From Desulfotalea psychrophila LSv54 (GTDB lineage Bacteria > Desulfobacterota > Desulfobulbia > Desulfobulbales > Desulfocapsaceae), in NCBI RefSeq assembly GCF_000025945.1, contig NC_006138.1, positions 3,270,001 to 3,302,000 of the forward strand: a DNA stretch of 32,000 bases, read 5' to 3'. Shown here piece after piece: positions 26,671 to 32,000 of this stretch. How positions within the stretch are numbered: position 1 is the first letter of the stretch; every line of letters starts with the position of its first letter. Made by a program: the position numbers and the translations under genes. The notes below the pieces were generated by a model that saw only the letters and a list, made by a program, of their open reading frames with translations, searched no databases and was not told where the DNA came from.

Positions 26671-27225
26671 ATGACAGATAGACAACGATTAAAAGAAATT
26701 CTCTTGGAAAAATCATACCGAGAGGGCGCTTTCACCCTTACTTCAGGAAAAACTTCAGACTTTTATATCGACGGCAAACAGACAACCCTCTCCGCAGAAG
26801 GTGCCCTTCTTTGTGGAAAGCTCCTCTTTCAACTCATTGCCGAGAATGAAACCAAGATCGATGCAGTAGGCGGTATGACCCTCGGGGCTGATCCACTTGT
26901 CACTGCAGTTTCCATTGCAAGCTTTCTCCAAGATGCACCAATTCCAGCCTTTATCGTACGAAAAGAGGCCAAGGGCCACGGAACGGGAAATTACATCGAA
27001 GGCCTTAAGAACATGGCAGATGGTTGCACCGTAGCCCTGCTCGAAGATGTTGTAACCACCGGTGGCACCCTGATCAAGGTCATCGACCGCGTTGAAGCTG
27101 CCGGCTTTAAGGTGGGTCTTGTCGCCACCGTTATTGAAAGACAGGAAGGCGGCACAGCCGTACTGGCCGAAGCGGGCTACACCCTGAAATCTATCTTTAC
27201 CCGTGAAGAGTTGCTCAGTAAATAA
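26671..27225 (+). CDS. pyrE: Orotate phosphoribosyltransferase PyrE
   Basis: 184-aa ORF with FTLTSGKTSDFYIDGK and the PRPP-binding motif VALLEDVVTTGGT. Confidence 0.94.
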   Translation: MTDRQRLKEILLEKSYREGAFTLTSGKTSDFYIDGKQTTLSAEGALLCGKLLFQLIAENETKIDAVGGMTLGADPLVTAVSIASFLQDAPIPAFIVRKEAKGHGTGNYIEGLKNMADGCTVALLEDVVTTGGTLIKVIDRVEAAGFKVGLVATVIERQEGGTAVLAEAGYTLKSIFTREELLSK

Positions 27226-27334
27226 GCCCCCGGGGTCTTTAATTGACTTGAGGATAGCTAAAAAAACATGCAAACTAGTCTCATTGCCGAAGCGATTTAT
27301 TGCTACGAGACATTTTTTTTACAGGGAAGAAGAG

Positions 27335-27505
27335 ATGAAATGTAAAGAATGTGGTGAAAAGCTCGAAGTGCATCGTAGCTGTCGCCGAGTACGAATGCGC
27401 TGTATCTCATGCAAGGCTGAATTTCAAATACATGAGGTTGCCGATCAGCTCGATGCGGAGACAGAAGAGATCCTCGCCAAGTACAGCACCCTTATCTACG
27501 ATTGA
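27335..27505 (+). CDS. Small dual-CxxC zinc-ribbon protein (56 aa), function unknown
   Basis: Translation is MKCKECGEKLEVHRSCRRVRMRCISCKAEFQIHEVADQLDAETEEILAKYSTLIYD. A purine-rich GGGAAGAAGAG lies upstream of ATG 27335 and a very strong terminator follows. The longer track ORF (from 27203) overlaps pyrE, and its extra N-terminus looks non-coding. Confidence 0.6.
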   Translation: MKCKECGEKLEVHRSCRRVRMRCISCKAEFQIHEVADQLDAETEEILAKYSTLIYD

Positions 27506-27541
27506 TCCTGATAAGAGATCAGAATAATTCGATCTCTTAAT

Positions 27542-27582
27542 CCCCTGGCCTATTCCTCTGAATAGGCCAGGGGATTTTTTTT
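27542..27582 (+). terminator. Rho-independent terminator
   Basis: Perfect 13-bp stem CCCCTGGCCTATT / AATAGGCCAGGGG (27542-27554 / 27561-27573) with a 6-nt loop, followed by ATTTTTTTT. Confidence 0.88.
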
Positions 27583-27680
27583 GTCTTTACCTGAGGCAAT
27601 GCTATCCTATATTATTAGCGAAAGAAGCGGTGTTTAACACCTTGCAGAGGTTGGATAAGATTCATAAATTCAGGTAGACC

Positions 27681-28193
27681 ATGACAAACGAGATAACTGT
27701 AACCTGCTATATAAACGAAAACGGGCAGACGGAGGTGGTCTGCCCGAAATGTTTTAAAAGCCGGCTTGTCTCTGCTGAAAAGTTTAAGGGACAAAAAGAT
27801 AACATCGGAATACGATGTCCATGTGGCCATCTCTTTAAGATACAGCTTGAATATCGGACAAGACAAAGAAAAGAGACAAACTTTGTCGGAACCTACCAAC
27901 TCAAACCGCTGGCAAGCCCTCACCAAACCGACAGCCAGGCAAGAGCGCCACATTCCGGCGGCATCGTTGAAATAATAAATATTTCCCAGACAGGCCTCTG
28001 CTTTAGAGCCCGAGGCCATCATGGCATCCAGGTCGAACAAGACGGTCGGGTTCAATTCGTTCTCGATAACCGAAAAGAGGCTAAAATAAGCAAAAATGTC
28101 ATCATCCGCAACGTAGAGGGCAAGAGAATCGGTTGTGAATTTATCCAAGACCAGGCATACGAAAAAGAGCTGGGCTTTTATCTTCGCAACTAA
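27681..28193 (+). CDS. PilZ-domain (c-di-GMP binding) protein with N-terminal Cys-rich zinc-ribbon-like module
   Basis: 170-aa ORF with the PilZ signature pair RTRQR (R59-R63, RxxxR) and NISQTG (N100-G105, D/NxSxxG). The N-terminus carries C21-P-K-C24 and C46-P-C48. The overlapping 177-aa minus-strand ORF has no recognisable features. Confidence 0.8.
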   Translation: MTNEITVTCYINENGQTEVVCPKCFKSRLVSAEKFKGQKDNIGIRCPCGHLFKIQLEYRTRQRKETNFVGTYQLKPLASPHQTDSQARAPHSGGIVEIINISQTGLCFRARGHHGIQVEQDGRVQFVLDNRKEAKISKNVIIRNVEGKRIGCEFIQDQAYEKELGFYLRN

Positions 28194-29725
28194 AGATCCT
28201 TCTCAGCCAGAATTCGTCCCAACATCTTTTCAGCACGGGCAAGAAACGGTTTCAGGGTTTCAGGCTGGAGAGCGCTTACCAACACCCCCTGCTCGCTTAA
28301 ATCTTCCAGAAGACCTACTGCCGGATCAGCCAGCAGATCGATCTTATTAAAAACCTTCAGGCAGGGAATATGGCCAAGATCCAGTTCTGAGAGTAGCCTC
28401 TCCACCACCTCTATATGATCCCTATAGCATGGATTTGACACATCAATAACGTGGATAAGCAGATCAGCCTCCTCAAGCTCTTCCAAGGTCGCCATAAATG
28501 CCTTTATCAGCTCAGCCGGCAAGTTACGAATAAAGCCAACGGTATCGGTGATGATCACCTCCATCTCCGTGGGAAATCGTAAACGACGACTGGTCGGATC
28601 CAGGGTGGCAAAGAGTTTATCCTCTGCAACAATATGACTCCCCGTCAAGACATTAAGCAGGGTGGATTTACCGGCGTTAGTATAGCCCACCAAGGAAAGA
28701 ACCGGAACATCCCTCCTGCGACGCTGGGCCCTCCTCCTATAACGTTCCTCACCCACATGTTTCAGTTCCCGGGCAAGCCCTGATAGGCGATCATTAATAC
28801 GACGACGATCAAGTTCAAGCTTTGTTTCCCCGGGTCCACGGGCACCAATACCACCGCTCAAACGAGAGAGGGCATCATCACGGGAGGAGAGACGAGGTAA
28901 GGCATATTTAAGCTGAGCCATCTCTACCTGCAACTTTCCTTCTCGAGAGAGAGCCCGACTGGCAAAAATATCAAGGATGAGCTGAGTTCTATCAATGACC
29001 CTCATCTCGGTAAAATCAGTAATAGAGCGTACCTGAGAGGGATTTAAATCCTGATTAAAGACCAACAGATTTGCATCGAGCTGCAGGGCCAGAATCATGA
29101 TATCGGCAAGCTTACCCTTACCCAGAATGAAACGTGGATTTGCCTTTCTGCTTCGCTGAAGGACCGTATCAAGCACCTTAACATTGGCAGAGCGGGCAAG
29201 CTCACCAAGTTCGGTTAAAGATTCCTCGGCAAGCATCTTAACCTCAGCCGTAACACTAACCAAAATAGCCCGATCACCATCATCGGCAACAGAGAGGCTA
29301 CGCACCCGAGAAAAACCTGCCTCTACCTCGGCAATAATATCCTCCACCGAGCCTCTCTGCTGAGAGGGATGGACGGGGTCTAAAAAGGTCCAACTGCTCG
29401 CACCGTCCCGGGCCGGTTGCAAATGGGCAGAGTGGAGGCTCTGCACCTGACCATCTTTTGCAACCTGCAAAACAGAAAGCATATCAAGGCGAAGAAAGAG
29501 CAGATCCATCAGATCCTCATCACTGATCTCCTCGCCGCGAAGATGAGTATGCACCAGACGCACCCCCTTGAGCCGACCTCCACCACCACGTAGATGGGCA
29601 AGGGACGGGATCATTATCGCCTTATGGGTCCCCACAATAATCATCTCCAATTTACCGGAACGATGAATGAGGAGACCTATCTGCCGATTTATTTCAGCAG
29701 AGATCTGACCAAGACTACGGGCCAT
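28190..29725 (-). CDS. hflX: GTPase HflX with an N-terminal extension of about 150 aa
   Basis: 511-aa ORF. The HflX N-domain runs from about residue 151 (DRAILVSV...RTQLILDIFASRA), followed by G1 GYTNAGKSTLLNVLTG, G3 DTVGFI and NKID. Confidence 0.92.
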   Translation of the reverse strand: MARSLGQISAEINRQIGLLIHRSGKLEMIIVGTHKAIMIPSLAHLRGGGGRLKGVRLVHTHLRGEEISDEDLMDLLFLRLDMLSVLQVAKDGQVQSLHSAHLQPARDGASSWTFLDPVHPSQQRGSVEDIIAEVEAGFSRVRSLSVADDGDRAILVSVTAEVKMLAEESLTELGELARSANVKVLDTVLQRSRKANPRFILGKGKLADIMILALQLDANLLVFNQDLNPSQVRSITDFTEMRVIDRTQLILDIFASRALSREGKLQVEMAQLKYALPRLSSRDDALSRLSGGIGARGPGETKLELDRRRINDRLSGLARELKHVGEERYRRRAQRRRRDVPVLSLVGYTNAGKSTLLNVLTGSHIVAEDKLFATLDPTSRRLRFPTEMEVIITDTVGFIRNLPAELIKAFMATLEELEEADLLIHVIDVSNPCYRDHIEVVERLLSELDLGHIPCLKVFNKIDLLADPAVGLLEDLSEQGVLVSALQPETLKPFLARAEKMLGRILAEKDL

Positions 29726-29882
29726 CTCCGCTGAAATTATCTGATCACGGGAAACCTTCTTTTTGCCTAAACTCTCAAGAAATTTTATCTGGTTTTTCTT
29801 TAGACCACTCAGGTTACCTGTTACAATACTGATAGCTCTCTCCTATAAAATGACTGCAAACAAAAAAAACCGGGCAACAATA

Positions 29883-31538
29883 TTAATTTCTAAAATTCTG
29901 TGCATTAGGAAAACGACGACCATAGCCAAAGGCCTTGCTGGTCACCTTAAGGCCCACGGCAGCCTGCTTACGCTTATACTCATTGAGACGCACGCGACGC
30001 AGAACATCTTGCACCATCTGCCTGTCAAAACCATGGGCTACAATTTCCTCACAGCCACAACCATCCTCCAGATGAAGTTCAAGTACCCGGTCAAGAACAT
30101 CATAGTCAGGCAGATCATCCTGATCACACTGGTCTGGTTTAAGCTCAGCAGAGGGTGGCTTAGAAATAGTATTCTCAGGGATTATCTCACCATGACGATT
30201 GACATAACGGGAGAGGGCATAGACCAATTGCTTGGGCACGTCACTGATAACGGCAAGTCCACCGTTCATATCACCGTAGAGGGTGCAGTAGCCCACCGCC
30301 ATTTCACTCTTATTTCCCGTGGTCAGGAGCAACTTATTAAATTTATTGGACAGGGCCATAAGCAGGTTGCCACGAATTCTAGCCTGAAGATTCTGTTCTG
30401 TCACATCCTCTTCCAGCCCCGTAAATATCGGGGCAAGACTTGATTCAAAGGCATAAAAAAGATCCTTTATAGGAATCATCTTAAAATCACAGCCCAAATT
30501 CTCAGCCAGAGACTGGGCATCATCATAGGATCCACCGGAACTATACTGAGAAGGCAGGGCCACACCCTGAACGTTCTCTGCCCCGAGGGCGTCAACTGCA
30601 ATGGCGGCGGTAAGAGCTGAATCAATGCCGCCTGAAAGGCCCAGAACCACAGAGGTGAAACCGCACTTTCTTATATAATCACGCACACCGAGAACCAGGG
30701 CCTGATAGACACTCTCCTCAGGGCTGGCCAGAGGTCGAGGAGGCGCTGAACACTCCTGAGACTCCGTATCATAGACCAAAAGGTCTTCGGCACAGGATGC
30801 GGCCTCTCCCAAGACCTCACCTCTTTCTGAAATGGCAAGGCTACCCCCATCAAAGATAAGAGAATCCTGGCCCCCCACCTGATTACAGTACAGAAATGGC
30901 GCCCCCAGGGCTAGAGCAGACTCGGCAAAAATCCGGCGACGCTGGGCCTCTTTGCCACGCTGAAAGGGGGAGGCAGAGATATTAATCACAGCTGCAAGAG
31001 AAATGTTCTTCTCCCGGCAACTCTCAACCATTCCCGAAACCGGAGAGAGGGCGTAGTGACCAACCTCATCGTGCCATACGTCTTCACAGATGGTTACCCC
31101 AAAGGTAGTCCCCCCGAGGGTATAAAACTTTTCACTTTCCTCTGCCCGACCCGGCTCAAAATAACGGCTCTCGTCAAAAACATCATAGGTGGGCAGAAGC
31201 TGCTTTCGCCTTCGATAAACGACTCTCCCCTCCCGAGCCACAAGGACAGAATTATAGAGGGCTCTGCCCCCCTTACCTTCACGTTTTTCCACAGCGCCAA
31301 ACATAACATCAATGCCTGGAAGTTCTCCCAATAGACGATCTAGGGCAGCCTGGTGTTCTTCAATAAAAACAGATCGTTCCAGTAAATCAAGAGGCGGATA
31401 ACCAGAAACGGCGAGTTCAGGAAAAACGACAAGGGAGCACCCTGCCTCCTGAGCCTTCGTGGCCCAAGAAACTATTTTTTTACAGTTATGGGCAAAGTCA
31501 CCAATGAGCGGATTATATTGAACAAGTCCTATTTTCAC
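29883..31538 (-). CDS. nadE: Glutamine-dependent NAD+ synthetase NadE (CN-hydrolase plus NAD synthetase domains)
   Basis: 551-aa ORF with a GTG start and GGAGA 8 nt upstream. It has nitrilase-type motifs FPELAVSGYP and ICEDVW, and the ATP-pyrophosphatase motif GLSGGIDSALTA. Confidence 0.93.
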   Translation of the reverse strand: MKIGLVQYNPLIGDFAHNCKKIVSWATKAQEAGCSLVVFPELAVSGYPPLDLLERSVFIEEHQAALDRLLGELPGIDVMFGAVEKREGKGGRALYNSVLVAREGRVVYRRRKQLLPTYDVFDESRYFEPGRAEESEKFYTLGGTTFGVTICEDVWHDEVGHYALSPVSGMVESCREKNISLAAVINISASPFQRGKEAQRRRIFAESALALGAPFLYCNQVGGQDSLIFDGGSLAISERGEVLGEAASCAEDLLVYDTESQECSAPPRPLASPEESVYQALVLGVRDYIRKCGFTSVVLGLSGGIDSALTAAIAVDALGAENVQGVALPSQYSSGGSYDDAQSLAENLGCDFKMIPIKDLFYAFESSLAPIFTGLEEDVTEQNLQARIRGNLLMALSNKFNKLLLTTGNKSEMAVGYCTLYGDMNGGLAVISDVPKQLVYALSRYVNRHGEIIPENTISKPPSAELKPDQCDQDDLPDYDVLDRVLELHLEDGCGCEEIVAHGFDRQMVQDVLRRVRLNEYKRKQAAVGLKVTSKAFGYGRRFPNAQNFRN

Positions 31539-31731
31539 GTGCTATTCTCCATATTCGCCCTTTATCCAAGCAAATAAAACATATTTAATCTATTGCCAGT
31601 GGTCTTAAACAGGCTCCTTTTAATAAGGAGCAGGAAAACCCTGTTTGCAGAAAATGCCTTTTACCAAGAGCCCCTTACCTGCACTCAAGGTAGACCGGCA
31701 CCTCTCTCATTTAAAGAGAAACCACAAATAA

Positions 31732-32000
31732 TCAATTGATCCCTATCTGACCAGTTTTTTCTCCATCTCTCTCTTTTTTGAGTTTTCGCCGATAGTTATA
31801 GACAGCCCTATTATGATCTCGAAGGTTGGTCGAAAAGACATGGGTACCATCGTTATTGGAGACAAAATAGAGATAGCTGTTTTTCTCCGGTTGCAGTACC
31901 GCCTGCAGGGCCTTTTCGCCGGGATTACAGATAGGGCCCCGGGGAAGGCCTGGGATAGAGTAGGTATTATAGGGAGTTTTGCGGCGCAGATCAGTTCTGG
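31732..32000 (-). CDS. mltG: Endolytic murein transglycosylase MltG (YceG-like), C-terminal 88 codons (5' end beyond the window edge)
   Basis: Not in the ORF track because it has no start inside the window. My reverse-strand translation is ...NTYSIPGLPRGPICNPGEKALQAVLQPEKNSYLYFVSNNDGTHVFSTNLRDHNRAVYNYRRKL...*, with the stop TGA at 31732-31734. It matches the conserved YceG C-terminal block. Confidence 0.85.
   Translation of the reverse strand, partial: RTDLRRKTPYNTYSIPGLPRGPICNPGEKALQAVLQPEKNSYLYFVSNNDGTHVFSTNLRDHNRAVYNYRRKLKKERDGEKTGQIGIN

Noticed and set aside
26501-26716. A 72-codon N-terminal extension of glmS in the ORF track, and the possibility of a glmS ribozyme in the leader.
   Set aside because: GlmS must begin Met-Cys (MCGIVGY at 26500), and that ATG has a GGGAGG RBS. 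The extension is AT-rich, hydrophobic noise that overlaps the pyrE promoter region. I could not find the conserved glmS ribozyme core in the leader of about 170 nt, and that ribozyme is mainly a Gram-positive feature.
27615-28148. 177-aa minus-strand ORF overlapping the PilZ gene.
   Set aside because: It has no recognisable motifs, whereas the plus-strand frame carries both PilZ signature motifs. It is a shadow ORF.
29763-30443. 226-aa plus-strand ORF antisense to nadE. The same applies to the other long antisense ORFs: 10494-11324 (+), 22570-23187 (+), 18394-18963 (+), 19184-19711 (+), 26755-27273 (-), 13050-13553 (+) and 17815-18267 (+).
   Set aside because: Each lies entirely within a confidently identified gene on the opposite strand and has low-complexity or odd composition and no motifs. 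These are typical shadow ORFs.
31608-31650. Nested stem-loop (AAACAGG...GCTCCTT-attaa-AAGGAGC-CTGTTT on the minus strand) between mltG and nadE.
   Set aside because: It has no trailing T-tract, so it is not a convincing intrinsic terminator. It contains an AAGGAGC that could equally be incidental. I cannot assign a role.
1-32000. Search for CRISPR arrays, tRNA/rRNA genes, IS elements, integrases, toxin-antitoxin pairs or defence-island genes.
   Set aside because: I found no regularly spaced repeats, no cloverleaf-like or rRNA-like sequence, and no ORF with transposase, recombinase or nuclease hallmarks. The window is essentially core-genome.

Overview
The window is mostly core housekeeping DNA from a Gram-negative-type bacterium. 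I saw no rRNA, tRNA, CRISPR array, transposase/integrase or recognisable defence or toxin gene.

Layout:
- 1-15983 (minus strand): one tightly packed division/cell-wall (dcw) cluster, mraZ-rsmH-ftsL-ftsI(like)-murE/murF(fused)-mraY-murD-murG-murC-murB-ftsQ-ftsA-ftsZ. ftsZ runs off the left edge.
- 15984-17385: the only accessory-looking stretch. It holds an AT-rich orphan gene with a Ser/Arg/Pro-repeat tail, a perfect 18-bp palindrome over its -10 box, and about 560 nt with no credible ORF.
- 17386-32000: panB, yebC-family regulator, rlmE, CCA-adding enzyme, a Dus-family enzyme, a UPF0316-like membrane protein, a 52-codon rubredoxin (absent from the ORF track), a GNAT acetyltransferase, glmS, pyrE, a 56-codon dual-CxxC protein, a zinc-ribbon PilZ protein, hflX, nadE, and the 3' end of mltG (runs off the right edge).

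The most unusual feature is a remodelled dcw cluster:
- The FtsI homologue keeps its fold-level landmarks, but all three transpeptidase motifs appear substituted. The alignment was done by eye.
- ftsW is missing from its canonical murD-murG slot.
- murE and murF are fused into one 1014-codon ORF.
- ddl is absent from the cluster.

Secondary oddities:
- The rubredoxin's first metal knuckle is C-x-C instead of C-x-x-C.
- A direct repeat of about 45 nt, each copy a bidirectional terminator hairpin, brackets the GNAT gene.
- The UPF0316-like ORF has a tail of about 96 codons that reads antisense into dus.

The lineage may be a Desulfobacterota-like anaerobe. That is only a loose inference from the rubredoxin and gene content and is unverified.
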